64,000 bases of DNA from an uncultured Candidatus Saccharibacteria bacterium (GCA_964567265.1 CAZMLK010000001.1:395723-459722), one strand, 5' to 3'. Positions 1 to 9,373 are shown, numbered from the stretch's first letter. Notes: generated by a model not told the origin, from the letters alone. Translations and numbers: made by a program.

Positions 1-1
1 C

Positions 2-538
2 ATCTTCAATATCGACCGCCTCAATTGGTACAATCGCGAATACTTGAAACGGCTTCCGGAAGATGAGCGGCGGCGGTCGGTACTTGAGACGCTCGCGGAC
101 ATGCCGGCACTCGCAGAAGTGTTCGGGCGGAGTCCCTCGCTGGTTTCAGACGCCCTCGGCCGGGTGAATACCATTCTTGAGATCCGGTCACTTGCCGAAA
201 GCGGTGAATTCTCTTACTGCACCGAAAAGCCAAGCATAGAGAAGGAGAAGCTGCCTTGGAAGGGAGCGGATGCAGGGGACACCCGCCTTCACCTCACGGA
301 GGTGTGCACACGCATTGAATCGATTCCCGAAGATTCATTCAGTGCGGAGGCGGTAAAGACCGCAGTCATGCCGTATGCTGAAATGCAATTAGAAGGGAAG
401 GGGAAGGGGCTTGTCCTCTGGCCCATGCGCTATGCCCTTTCCGGACGAGACCGCTCCCCTGATCCATTTACGTTGTCAGAGGCGCTTGGAAGAAATGAGA
501 CACTTGCACGTCTTCAATCAGCAGTGGAACAACTATAG
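2..538 (+). CDS. gltX: Glutamyl-tRNA synthetase, C-terminal fragment (5' end lies outside the window)
   Basis: The reading frame is open from the window edge. The C-terminal motif KGKGLVLWPMRYALSGRDRSPDPFTLSEALGRNETLARL matches the conserved GluRS anticodon-binding tail (KGKGLFMPIRVAVTGQ...GKE..L.RL). Confidence 0.7.
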   Translation: MFNIDRLNWYNREYLKRLPEDERRRSVLETLADMPALAEVFGRSPSLVSDALGRVNTILEIRSLAESGEFSYCTEKPSIEKEKLPWKGADAGDTRLHLTEVCTRIESIPEDSFSAEAVKTAVMPYAEMQLEGKGKGLVLWPMRYALSGRDRSPDPFTLSEALGRNETLARLQSAVEQL

Positions 539-544
539 GCATCC

Positions 545-1882
545 ATGGGTGATCTCCGAATATACATATCAATCTGGGTTCTTTCGATGGGCCTTTTCCT
601 GATTCCAGCCACAGGCAAAATCTTTGCAGAGACGGTCGACGAGCTCAAGACTCGCATTGACGACCGTGCGTCGAAGATTGCGGAGCTGGAGGCGGACATT
701 AAGAAATACCAGGAACAGCTGCAGGAAGTCGGCAAGCAGAAACAGACACTCCAACAGGCTGTACAGACCATCGACATTTCCAGGAAAAAAATCTCTACGG
801 ACATCAAGATCACCGAGAACCGCATCCAGACCACGGCGGATCAGATTGCCGAGCTTTCATACCAGATCGGAGACAAGGAGACCACCATCTCGAAAGATAT
901 TTCAGCAGTCAAGGAGGCGCTTCGGAGCGTCGAGCTCCAAGAATCGAACTCCAATCTCGAGACATTCCTCGCGCACGACTCACTTTCTGATTATTGGGAT
1001 TCGCTCGAATCTCTCGAAGCCTTCCAGGGCGCGCTCCGGAGCGATATCGTCAGGCTCGTGACCAAGAAAGAGGAACTCGAAGGCGCGAAGAAAAGCACGG
1101 AAGAAAAGAAGCAGACGCTGACGAGCCTCCAGAACCAGCTCGGCGGACAAAAGTCCCTGCTCGATAACAACCGCCGCGAGAAGGATGCGCTCCTGGCGCA
1201 GACAAAGAACCAGGAATCGAATTATCAAAAAACGCTTGCAGAAAAAAAGAAGGCCAAGGAGCAATTTGAAAAGGAGCTTGCAGACTACGAGTCCAAGCTG
1301 AAGTTTGCACTCGACCCCTCCTCCATTCCAAAGGTCGGAGCGGGCGTGCTGTCCTGGCCGTTTGAAACGACCTACATGCAAGGGTGTACTGCTTTCCAAG
1401 GCGCGCTCGGCAACGCAAATTGCGTCACGCAGATGTTCGGCAATACCGCATTTGCCAAGGCCGGTGCCTACAGCGGCAAGGGTCATAATGGCATCGACTT
1501 CCGCGCCCCGACCGGCACCAAGATCCTTGCCGTCCTCTCAGGAACGGTCATCGGGACAGGGAATACGGATGAGGTCCGCGGATGCTATTCCTACGGGAAA
1601 TGGGTCCTAGTCCGCCATGGGAACGGCTTGACCTCCCTGTATGCCCATTTGTCCTATATCGGCGTCTCAGAGGGCCAGGCGGTCTCTACAGGCGATTCCT
1701 TGGGCTTCAGTGGGGCTACCGGCTATGCCACGGGCCCGCACCTTCATTTCGGCCTCTATGCGAGCCCTGGGGTAAAAATCATCCGCCTCACGGAATTCAC
1801 CGGCAAATCGACCCCATGCGGCAACGTGAAGCTTCCGGTTGCAGGGCTTGAAGCGTACCTGAACCCGCTCCTGTATCTCTAA
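545..1882 (+). CDS. M23-family metallopeptidase with an N-terminal signal/TM segment and a long coiled-coil region (EnvC-like murein hydrolase)
   Basis: C-terminal GKGHNGIDFRAPTGTKILAV...HLHFGLY motifs are typical of the Peptidase_M23 family. Residues 30-250 are a heptad-rich coiled coil, and the N-terminus is hydrophobic. Confidence 0.8.
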   Translation: MGDLRIYISIWVLSMGLFLIPATGKIFAETVDELKTRIDDRASKIAELEADIKKYQEQLQEVGKQKQTLQQAVQTIDISRKKISTDIKITENRIQTTADQIAELSYQIGDKETTISKDISAVKEALRSVELQESNSNLETFLAHDSLSDYWDSLESLEAFQGALRSDIVRLVTKKEELEGAKKSTEEKKQTLTSLQNQLGGQKSLLDNNRREKDALLAQTKNQESNYQKTLAEKKKAKEQFEKELADYESKLKFALDPSSIPKVGAGVLSWPFETTYMQGCTAFQGALGNANCVTQMFGNTAFAKAGAYSGKGHNGIDFRAPTGTKILAVLSGTVIGTGNTDEVRGCYSYGKWVLVRHGNGLTSLYAHLSYIGVSEGQAVSTGDSLGFSGATGYATGPHLHFGLYASPGVKIIRLTEFTGKSTPCGNVKLPVAGLEAYLNPLLYL

Positions 1883-1902
1883 AAATTTATACTGTTCGTT
1901 AA

Positions 1903-1936
1903 GAAATTCCCGAGGAATATCCCCGGGATTTTTTAT
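1903..1936 (+). terminator. Intrinsic terminator after the M23 peptidase gene
   Basis: Imperfect hairpin AAATTCCCGAGG..CCCCGGGATT followed by TTTTTTATTTT. Confidence 0.45.
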
Positions 1937-2076
1937 TTTGCAGCAGGGAACATGAGGCGGATTTTTACGCTGACTTATCCACATACTGATTGCCGCCCAC
2001 GTAACCGGCTGCCGCATCGTTCTATACTTAGCCTGAGCCTGTCGGGCTCGCTTATAAGAAATTTCATATCGGTAAC

Positions 2077-2316
2077 ATGCACTCGAAGCTTCACATGGTG
2101 ACTTTTATTCTTCTCATCATCGGCGGACTCAACTGGCTGTTGTACGCGCTCGGCTACAATCTCGTCGGCATGGTATTCGGAGGATTCCTGAGTGGGATGC
2201 TTGAGGACCTTATCTACATACTCGTCGGCCTCTCAGCGATCTATGAAGCGGCGACGCACAAGAAAAATTGTCGCATGTGCGACCCAGGCGGAGATAAGCA
2301 GGCACCGGCAGCGTAA
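2077..2316 (+). CDS. DUF378-family small membrane protein
   Basis: 79 aa with two TM helices. The IIGGLNWLLYALGYNLVGMVFGG motif is characteristic of DUF378. Confidence 0.7.
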   Translation: MHSKLHMVTFILLIIGGLNWLLYALGYNLVGMVFGGFLSGMLEDLIYILVGLSAIYEAATHKKNCRMCDPGGDKQAPAA

Positions 2317-2338
2317 GATTCTCTAAGCTAAAATGAAG

Positions 2339-2373
2339 CAATGACCGGCAACTTGCCGGTCATTGCTTTTTAG
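2339..2373 (+). terminator. Intrinsic terminator
   Basis: Perfect 13-bp inverted repeat CAATGACCGGCAA/TTGCCGGTCATTG followed by CTTTTTAG. Confidence 0.6.
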
Positions 2374-2383
2374 CTCAGAATAC

Positions 2384-2758
2384 GTGTGGAAAATCATTCG
2401 AAGCGGCTTTCAACGAAATGGAACAGATGCTGTGTCGAAGAATCGCAAGAATAGCAAGCCTACACCCGCACAACCCGATCTCGTCAACGCCCTCTGCGAA
2501 GTCTTATCCAACCGACACGACAAGAAGCGCGGACGCACCGTGACACCTCTTCTGGTCTATCTCGATGCATATGGATGGTATCGCATCGAAGATGCTGAGA
2601 ATAGAAAAGACTTGCGTTGCCGGATCAAGCTCGAGGTCAAAGAATATTCACTGACGGGGAATATTCCAGAAATAGTTTCAGAATTCTGTGCGCGCCAACT
2701 CAGATATTATTCGGGGAAGGGCGCGATCTACACTTCGAATAACGGACGGAAGGCCTAG
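2384..2758 (+). CDS. Hypothetical protein (no in-frame ATG; probable GTG start)
   Basis: ORF bounded by terminator hairpins on both sides. The TTG at 2363 lies inside the upstream terminator, so GTG 2384 is the more plausible start. No recognisable domain. Confidence 0.35.
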   Translation: MWKIIRSGFQRNGTDAVSKNRKNSKPTPAQPDLVNALCEVLSNRHDKKRGRTVTPLLVYLDAYGWYRIEDAENRKDLRCRIKLEVKEYSLTGNIPEIVSEFCARQLRYYSGKGAIYTSNNGRKA

Positions 2759-2980
2759 CTGCAGCGCATGCAGACTAGGCCTTTATTTCACGCCCAATGG
2801 GTCGCAAAAGATATATTGTGCGACGCTTATGATTCTTCTTCCCTCGGGAGAAATACAGCCAAGAATTTCGTATTTCGACTTTTTGCATGCCCTGCTCTAC
2901 TTGAATGATTTGTCTGATTTTTTTGCGCGCATTATCATTGCGAAGATTCTTTTGCAGTTTTTTATTTTTTTAGAAATAAA

Positions 2981-3010
2981 AACTTCCCCTTTTTTGGGAA
3001 GTCCTTTTGG
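2981..3010. terminator. Bidirectional terminator in an AT-rich convergent intergenic region
   Basis: ACTTCCC-cttttttt-GGGAAGT hairpin flanked by an A-run and a T-run. It sits between the convergent genes ending at 2758 and 3079. Confidence 0.5.
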
Positions 3011-3078
3011 AATTCAGCGGGGAATACCCCTGGCATATTTTCATCACTTCCCCTTCCCTGTTATTCAAAATCGGGAAG

Positions 3079-3534
3079 TTAGGACTCCATCGAGATTATT
3101 TTTTTGAAGTGCTTTTCTGATACGGGCTGTACCGACAGCCGTGATCCCTGCGCGGTAACCGGCATCGTATTGAAGAACGGATCTGCCTTCAGCCGTACGA
3201 GCGCGATCGGCTGCTTGAATTTCCGTACGAATGCGATATCGACATTTTCCCAGATTGGCTTTTGGACTGACGCCTTCGCGTCATAGTGGCTGTCACTCCG
3301 ATCAAACTGCGTTGCGTCTAAATATGCAGTCCGTGCGACCTTGGCAACACCGACGATCGAGGGCTCGCCAGTGCTGGAATGGTAGAACAATACGCCGTCG
3401 TCTTTCTGCATCGCACGCATGAAATTCCTGGCTTGATAATTTCGAACGCCGCTCCATGCGGTTTTTTTATCGCGCCTGAGATCATCGATCGAGTAGCTGC
3501 CGGGTTCAGTCTTTACGAGCCAGTAGGTTGCCAT
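3079..3534 (-). CDS. EVE-domain (PUA-like) protein
   Basis: MATYWLVKTEPGSYSIDDLRRDKKTAWSGVRNYQARNFMRAMQ...LFYHSS...IVGVAKV matches the EVE domain consensus throughout. The start was re-set to the internal ATG because the upstream part of the ORF overlaps a terminator. Confidence 0.8.
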   Translation of the reverse strand: MATYWLVKTEPGSYSIDDLRRDKKTAWSGVRNYQARNFMRAMQKDDGVLFYHSSTGEPSIVGVAKVARTAYLDATQFDRSDSHYDAKASVQKPIWENVDIAFVRKFKQPIALVRLKADPFFNTMPVTAQGSRLSVQPVSEKHFKKIISMES

Positions 3535-3575
3535 AGAGAGAGGTGTTTGGTCAGTATATCGAATCCGCAAATAAC

Positions 3576-3610
3576 AAACCACCCGCCGAATACTCGGCGG
3601 GTGGTTTGTT
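3576..3610 (-). terminator. Intrinsic terminator after the transglycosylase gene
   Basis: 14-bp perfect stem AAACCACCCGCCGA/TCGGCGGGTGGTTT, with a T-rich tract downstream on the minus strand. Confidence 0.6.
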
Positions 3611-3617
3611 ATGCGTC

Positions 3618-4016
3618 TTATTTCAGCGAAATCTGTACGGACGCTTCTACGGGCTGGCTTTTCTTCCAGCACTTCGCGGATGCATTCCAGGGCTTGGTAC
3701 CCTCGCGCTCATAGAGATAGCGAGCGTAGACCATGTTCCCTTCGAGGGTGTGGAGGTCGAGACCAAGCTTCTTTGCGGTCTCCAGATGGTAGCGCTCATT
3801 GATCTGCATGACGCCGACATCGGCCGGCACCACTTCGCCCCGGAAGACCTGCCCATCGAGGGTGGTCTGGCGGAAATGCGATTCACAGCGCGCGATTTCT
3901 TTCATGACCGGAATGTCTGCAAAGTACAGGGAGACTTTCTCCTCGACCGTATACGAATCAGAATTGAGGGTCGAACTCATGCCTTCAGTTGCGGTGAGCG
4001 CAACCGGGCGGGCCAT
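3618..4016 (-). CDS. Lytic transglycosylase-like protein (SLT-domain motifs); the N-terminus is probably longer than annotated
   Basis: The CESHFRQ (catalytic Glu-Ser) and GVMQINERYH motifs are typical of the SLT domain. A signal-peptide-like segment RKRLIILAFIAIAFASS is encoded in frame immediately upstream of the first ATG (see findings). Confidence 0.55.
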   Translation of the reverse strand: MARPVALTATEGMSSTLNSDSYTVEEKVSLYFADIPVMKEIARCESHFRQTTLDGQVFRGEVVPADVGVMQINERYHLETAKKLGLDLHTLEGNMVYARYLYEREGTKPWNASAKCWKKSQPVEASVQISLK

Positions 4017-4331
4017 AGAGGACGCGAATGCGATTGCAATGAATGCAAGAATGATAAGCCTTTTCCTATGTTGGTAGCAATAAAAAATCCCGGGCCGACA
4101 CCCGAGATATCCATAAGGCTACGCGCGCTGCCAAGAGGGGTCAATACAAGGCTATTGACAGCATTCGATTTTGGGTGAATATGGCTTATATTAAGGATAT
4201 TCTGACTTTTTTCTGTGCAATGATTTTTGAGAAAGTCTGAAAAGATTATGAGCATTGCGTCAGAAAATACTATTCGCCTGCCCTTTTCCCGATTATGGCG
4301 CTATAAATCGAAAATATGCTTATAGAGAGCC

Positions 4332-4360
4332 AAAAAATACCCTAGTGAGGGTATTTTTTG
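4332..4360. terminator. Bidirectional terminator after the LOG gene
   Basis: AAAAAATACCCT-agtg-AGGGTATTTTTT. Confidence 0.5.
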
Positions 4361-4392
4361 GCTGGCACGGCCCGGCAAGCTTTTTATCGATT

Positions 4393-5130
4393 TCAGTTAC
4401 AGAGACGCTGTACTGCCAGCTCGTAAGCTTCTTCGACCGTATCAACGACAGTGAAGAGCTCGAGGTCGGCCGCGTCAATCGTATGACGCTTTTCGGCCAG
4501 CTCGATCCGCATCCAATCAACGAGCGGTGTCCAAAAGTCCTTGCCGATCAGATACATCGGGACAGACTTGGTCTTCTTGGTCTGGACCAGCGTCAGGAGC
4601 TCGAAAAATTCATCGAGGGTGCCGATACCCCCTGGCATGTAGAAATACGCCTCTGACGCGAACATGAGCATCAGCTTCCGAACAAAGAAGTAGTGGAAAT
4701 GGGATGAATCCGTGACATAGGGATTCAGGATCTGCTCATGCGGGAGCTCGATATTGAGCCCGACCGAATTGCCGCCGGCTTCCTTGGCACCGCGCGCGGC
4801 GCCCTCCATGATTCCTCTCCCGCCGCCAGAAATGACGGTGAAGCCTGCGCCGACCAAGAGCGCTGCCAGCTTCCGCGCCGCTGCATAGTCTGGATGATCC
4901 TCCGGGATCCGTGCTGAGCCGAATATCGTCGCCGCGAGGCTGTATTTCTTCAAGACCTCGAAACCTTCCACGAATTCTGACATCATCTTGAGGATGCGCC
5001 AGGAGTTGATATCAGCTTTCTCGCCGCGAAGAAGATCCGTGTCGACGCGACAGAGATGCGCATCATCGATGCTGGGCTTTGGTTCCGATGGAATGGTCGG
5101 TGTGGATTCTGTGTCGGATGCTGGGTTCAT
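4393..5130 (-). CDS. LOG-family protein (TIGR00730 Rossmann fold; cytokinin riboside 5'-monophosphate phosphoribohydrolase-like)
   Basis: GGGxGxMEGAARGA and PGGIGTLDEFFE motifs are conserved in the LOG family. Confidence 0.8.
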   Translation of the reverse strand: MNPASDTESTPTIPSEPKPSIDDAHLCRVDTDLLRGEKADINSWRILKMMSEFVEGFEVLKKYSLAATIFGSARIPEDHPDYAAARKLAALLVGAGFTVISGGGRGIMEGAARGAKEAGGNSVGLNIELPHEQILNPYVTDSSHFHYFFVRKLMLMFASEAYFYMPGGIGTLDEFFELLTLVQTKKTKSVPMYLIGKDFWTPLVDWMRIELAEKRHTIDAADLELFTVVDTVEEAYELAVQRLCN

Positions 5131-5163
5131 ATGAATTTCAGTTATGGAGACAGTATAACATTC

Positions 5164-6462
5164 CTACAGCGACTTCTCCGGCACCCGGCCGCGGTCCCGC
5201 AGAGCCTCGGCAAGCCGCTCGACTCCGCGGAGAAATGCAGCATCACGGAGCGGGATGTTCCGGTTGGTATGGAGCTGCCATACGCCTTCAAAGGCGTCTT
5301 TCATGATCGGTTCCAATTTCGCCGCGATGTCTGCGCGCGACCAATAAAAGTGGGATCTATTCTGCACCCATTCGAAGTAGGATACGGTCACGCCGCCCGC
5401 ATTCGCAAGGATATCCGGTATGACGATGCATCCATTCTTCTCGAGGATCGCATCAGCTTCCGGCGTGGTAGGCCCATTTGCAAGCTCGAGAATGATTCCC
5501 GCCCGGACCTTCCCCGCATTCCCCGCATGGATCTGACCATCCAGGGCCGCAGGGATGAGGACGTCGCACGCAGCCTCGAGAAGCTCATCATTTGAAATAA
5601 AACGGACGTCCGTTCCCTTCAGGTCGCCGAAGCCATTTTTTGAAAGCTTCTCGAATGAGCCTGCTTTCTCTTTTTCCCCCGCGATCGCGATGGGATCGAA
5701 GCCCTTCTCGCACCAGAGTGCTCCGCTGCTGTCCGAAAGCCCGACGATGCGCGCGCCCTTCTCGTGCAGCAAGCGTGCCGCGTGGAATCCTGCGTTTCCA
5801 AAACCTTGGACTGCGACACAGAGCCCTTCGAAGGAGCGCTCCACTGACTCCAGGAGCGCTTCAAGTACATAGACACCTCCCTGTGCCGTGGCAGTATCCC
5901 TGCCACGGCTTCCGCCCACAGAAAGCGGCTTGCCGGTAATCATTCCTGGCTCGCTTTTTCCGACTACTTTTTCATATTCATCGAGCATGACCGCCATGAT
6001 GTGCGCGTTTGTGTAGACATCGGGCGCGGGAATATCGGTATCGACTCCGATATAGGGCGCAAATGCCCGAGCAAATGCCCGAGCGACGTTATTGATCTCG
6101 TCCGGAGTTGCTGATTTGGGATCGAACGCCACACCCCCTTTCGCGCCGCCAAGTGGAATTCCTACGACTGCGCATTTCATCGCCATCGCGGCAGCAAGCG
6201 CGGACACCTCATCCAGATCCGCTGCGGGATGGAACCGGATGCCACCCTTATAGGGACCGCGCGCGTTATTGAATTGTACGCGATATGCCTGGAGCTCCCG
6301 CGGCTCGCCGCCAATGATCACTGAAAGCGTTGCCGTCCGAACTGCATCGGGCTTCGAAAGAATATCTGCATATGCATTTCCCAAGCCAAGCGCTGCAAGC
6401 GCTTGCTCGAGACGGGTCAGATATTGCTCGAAAGCATTCTTGGAAACGGGAATTTCATCCAT
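5164..6462 (-). CDS. gdhA: Glutamate dehydrogenase (Glu/Leu/Phe/Val dehydrogenase family)
   Basis: GGIRFHP...K, GGAKGGV, and a C-terminal NAD(P)-binding GFGNAG Rossmann motif. Confidence 0.9.
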   Translation of the reverse strand: MDEIPVSKNAFEQYLTRLEQALAALGLGNAYADILSKPDAVRTATLSVIIGGEPRELQAYRVQFNNARGPYKGGIRFHPAADLDEVSALAAAMAMKCAVVGIPLGGAKGGVAFDPKSATPDEINNVARAFARAFAPYIGVDTDIPAPDVYTNAHIMAVMLDEYEKVVGKSEPGMITGKPLSVGGSRGRDTATAQGGVYVLEALLESVERSFEGLCVAVQGFGNAGFHAARLLHEKGARIVGLSDSSGALWCEKGFDPIAIAGEKEKAGSFEKLSKNGFGDLKGTDVRFISNDELLEAACDVLIPAALDGQIHAGNAGKVRAGIILELANGPTTPEADAILEKNGCIVIPDILANAGGVTVSYFEWVQNRSHFYWSRADIAAKLEPIMKDAFEGVWQLHTNRNIPLRDAAFLRGVERLAEALRDRGRVPEKSL

Positions 6463-6497
6463 GGGAATATATTGAAGAAAATGCGTATAAGCGAAGT

Positions 6498-8090
6498 TTA
6501 CGAAACGCGCGCCTCATCCTCCTTCTCTTTCAGGAAATTAAAAAATGCGTCGATGGTCCCGAGCACTTTCTTGAACGGCGTTTCCACCAGTGTATCAAGA
6601 ATCAGGACGAAAAGATTCAGGCGCGAGAACCTGAGAGAAAGCGCTCTGCCGATGCGGACCAGCGGAAGCACGAAAAGCGCCCGGAGCGCCCCTCCCCTCC
6701 CCTCTGTGCCGGAGAATACGTACCAGCGCGTGGCAATGACATTCAGTCGGAATCCGAAGTATGCGACCAGCGTGAGGAATGAGAGGAAGAGGAGGATGCC
6801 GACGATATCGAACTGAAGGAGCCTGAGCCCAGAGATAATGAGCCCGATACTGAAGAGGAAGAGCGCCAGGTACAACGCGCCGATGAAGAGAGGGGTGCTG
6901 CCTTCCGTCGATTTGAGTCGAAGCGGCACAGGCTCCTCATCAAAAAGCGCGGCCGCGACGCCGCGGACGATTTCCTTCGTATTCCGGGCGCCTGGCTGCT
7001 TGAACGTTTGCGTGATTCCAAGGAGCAGAAGGGGGTGGAAAAGCGCGTTCGTCGCGAGCGGCAGGTACTGCGGTTTCCCGTACACGAGCTGCTCGAACGG
7101 GAATTCGATGACGCCCGTCAGGATGATCTTCGTACAGAGGAGATAGACAACCGCGCGTGCGCCACCCTGTTTCGCGCGTGCGTATTCGAGGGCATAGTGC
7201 TGCTTCGCAAGCGTTTCGACCTCGGCCGCAAGCAGCGCCTGATCGCGGAACACGCGCTCGACATCGAGCCCATACCGCCTGAGGAGATCGATGATGATGG
7301 AATAAAAAATGCAGTCGTTGTGCAGCCGACCAGCGATACGCCCGTGGAGCGCGTCCGCAAGCATCGTATCAATGCTGTCGAGGAGGCGGATCAGCGCCTG
7401 CCCTTTCGGCACGTCGAGGTCTTCACTCCGTTCGAAGCCTGTCGCGAATTTCGTGAAGAGCGCATAGCGGAGCGCCATGGCGTCCTCACGCAGGAGCGAT
7501 TCCCGTACCCCGATATAGAGCTGGATATCGAATGGGATCTCCTTCCCGGCAGGCTCCTCGTCTATGAGCATGCTTCCCTGGCGTTCATGATAGAGCGATT
7601 CTGCGGCGGCCTCCCCTTCAGGAAACGGGGTGAAGAAGCGGTCGAGCTCGCAGGCTGCGAGATCAAGCATCGCGTCTTCTGCGCGTTTCCACACACGCGC
7701 GGCCTTTGGCGCGTAGAACAGGAGCGCGAGGTATTTCGAAAGGACGCTGGAGACGTAGCCTGCGGCGCTTTCGGGAACGGTGCGATTCGGGAGATAGCCG
7801 CCGCTGATGAGTTCGCGGACAAGATGCTTCCCCGCTTTTTGGAGATCCATATCCGCATCGAAATGGCGCTTGAGGATGCGGCGGAGCGCATGGCGGCGGA
7901 TCAGGTGATCATCCTTGTAATCGAGCGCGTAGCGCAGGCGCTCATACATGACGCCTGTGCGCTCCGTAACGGAATGGACCTCAATGGTCGCTTCCCTCCC
8001 CCATTCTTCGCTACCTCGAAGAGCCGCGACACTGGCAAGCTGTCGTTCGTATTCGAATAGGAGATAGGAAAAAGGTGCGGATCGCTCCAT
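6498..8090 (-). CDS. Hypothetical 530-aa protein with a soluble N-terminal region and a C-terminal multi-TM region
   Basis: Long ORF with coding-like composition and three or four hydrophobic helices in the last ~150 aa. No recognisable family. It sits 3 bp downstream of the exonuclease gene on the same strand. Confidence 0.5.
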   Translation of the reverse strand: MERSAPFSYLLFEYERQLASVAALRGSEEWGREATIEVHSVTERTGVMYERLRYALDYKDDHLIRRHALRRILKRHFDADMDLQKAGKHLVRELISGGYLPNRTVPESAAGYVSSVLSKYLALLFYAPKAARVWKRAEDAMLDLAACELDRFFTPFPEGEAAAESLYHERQGSMLIDEEPAGKEIPFDIQLYIGVRESLLREDAMALRYALFTKFATGFERSEDLDVPKGQALIRLLDSIDTMLADALHGRIAGRLHNDCIFYSIIIDLLRRYGLDVERVFRDQALLAAEVETLAKQHYALEYARAKQGGARAVVYLLCTKIILTGVIEFPFEQLVYGKPQYLPLATNALFHPLLLLGITQTFKQPGARNTKEIVRGVAAALFDEEPVPLRLKSTEGSTPLFIGALYLALFLFSIGLIISGLRLLQFDIVGILLFLSFLTLVAYFGFRLNVIATRWYVFSGTEGRGGALRALFVLPLVRIGRALSLRFSRLNLFVLILDTLVETPFKKVLGTIDAFFNFLKEKEDEARVS

Positions 8091-8093
8091 AGA

Positions 8094-8681
8094 TTACAGC
8101 CAGGGAATGTCGAATTGATCGAATTCCGGCAGGAGCTTCCGGTCATAGAGGAGGCGAGAGATCACTTCTGCATGTGAGAGCGCGCCTGTGAGCGCATTGT
8201 GCGGTTCCGGCTCGCTGGGGACACCGACGTAATTGAGAATCGCATCGAGATCGAGCGCTGAACGATTGTGCGCAAGGGGTGGCGTCTGTCCGCGTTTCAC
8301 CATGTGCATGTAGGCGAGGGTGTGGGTGTCGAGCGTGCGGTACGCGAGCGTCCAGTTCTCATGGACGCGAAGCGCTGCTGCTTTTAGGAAATCGCGATCG
8401 AAGGAGACGTTCTGGCCCGCGAGCGTGTGATCCTCGATCGGCTCCTTCCACGCGAGGAATTCACGGATCAAATCCCCTTCCGTCTCCTTGGTCGGGTCGG
8501 TGATCTCATCTTCCGAGAAGCCGTTGACGCGCATCGCATCCTCCATGACATGGGCACCCTCCCAGATGCGGCATTCGCGGTAAAAGCGATTCTCGGGATG
8601 GTGAAAATCAAGCGCACCCACGGAGACGATGGAATGCTTGTCGTAATTGGTGCCTGAGGCTTCGACGTCGACGACTATCAT
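8094..8681 (-). CDS. DEDD-family 3'-5' exonuclease (DnaQ-like)
   Basis: N-terminal VVDVEASG (Exo I) and C-terminal HNALTGALSHAEV (Exo III) motifs. Confidence 0.65.
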   Translation of the reverse strand: MIVVDVEASGTNYDKHSIVSVGALDFHHPENRFYRECRIWEGAHVMEDAMRVNGFSEDEITDPTKETEGDLIREFLAWKEPIEDHTLAGQNVSFDRDFLKAAALRVHENWTLAYRTLDTHTLAYMHMVKRGQTPPLAHNRSALDLDAILNYVGVPSEPEPHNALTGALSHAEVISRLLYDRKLLPEFDQFDIPWL

Positions 8682-8699
8682 TGCCCTAGTATACGTGGA

Positions 8700-8981
8700 T
8701 TATTTGGATTCGTCCTTCCCTTCTTTTTCATCCCCTGGAAAGAGGCCGTCGGCTCCGAGCCGTTCCTCGATCTTGTCGAGGAAGGTGTCCAGGTGGCGAT
8801 GCTTCCCGCGGTAGGTGCGCATCCAGGTACGGAACTTCGGTGAGAATTTGGCGAGAAGGTACACGCCGATGATGAGGAAGAAAATACCTTGGAGGAAGGG
8901 CAAGAACAGCCCCACGACCCCGAGCGCTACGAAGAACCAGCCTGCTGCGAGCGCCAAAAGTCGTATCAGAAGCGGTGCCAT
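8700..8981 (-). CDS. YbaN/DUF454-family inner-membrane protein
   Basis: 93 aa. The GLFLPFLQGIFFLIIGVYLLAKFSPKFRTW motif matches YbaN. Confidence 0.7.
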   Translation of the reverse strand: MAPLLIRLLALAAGWFFVALGVVGLFLPFLQGIFFLIIGVYLLAKFSPKFRTWMRTYRGKHRHLDTFLDKIEERLGADGLFPGDEKEGKDESK

Positions 8982-8989
8982 TGCCGCTA

Positions 8990-9373
8990 TTATAACCCGG
9001 GACAGTTTGCAGCCTTGTGATACCCTGCGCTTTCAGCGGCAGCACTTGAGCTGAACCAGATCTTATTCTCATCCTTGATTCGTTTCGCACCGCTGCAACT
9101 CTCAAGATAGTAGGCACTCCCGTTCTTAGAGGCGACGTACCTCCCTCCTCCGGTTCGGAGAGTAGTTGCGCCCTGCGGGAGGGAATCTTTCTTCTCAGCT
9201 ATTGCTGCTTCCGGAAGGCTCCGGACTACGGCCGCTTCCTGGCTTTTTTGGTAGATTTTGACTGGTTCTTTCGGAGGCTTCATGGAGAGTCGCCCGAGCC
9301 CAAAGGAGGCTAATCCCACCAATACGACTATCAGGGCTATGAAAAAATCCCCTGAGAGGGCCGATTTGGCCAT
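8990..9373 (-). CDS. Membrane-anchored hypothetical protein with a C-terminal Cys/His motif (possible small metal-binding domain)
   Basis: Start set at ATG 9373, which is preceded by AAAGG at a 7-nt spacer. It has an N-terminal TM anchor and a C-terminal YVASKNGSAYYLESCSGAKRI...AGYHKAANC motif. Confidence 0.4.
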   Translation of the reverse strand: MAKSALSGDFFIALIVVLVGLASFGLGRLSMKPPKEPVKIYQKSQEAAVVRSLPEAAIAEKKDSLPQGATTLRTGGGRYVASKNGSAYYLESCSGAKRIKDENKIWFSSSAAAESAGYHKAANCPGL

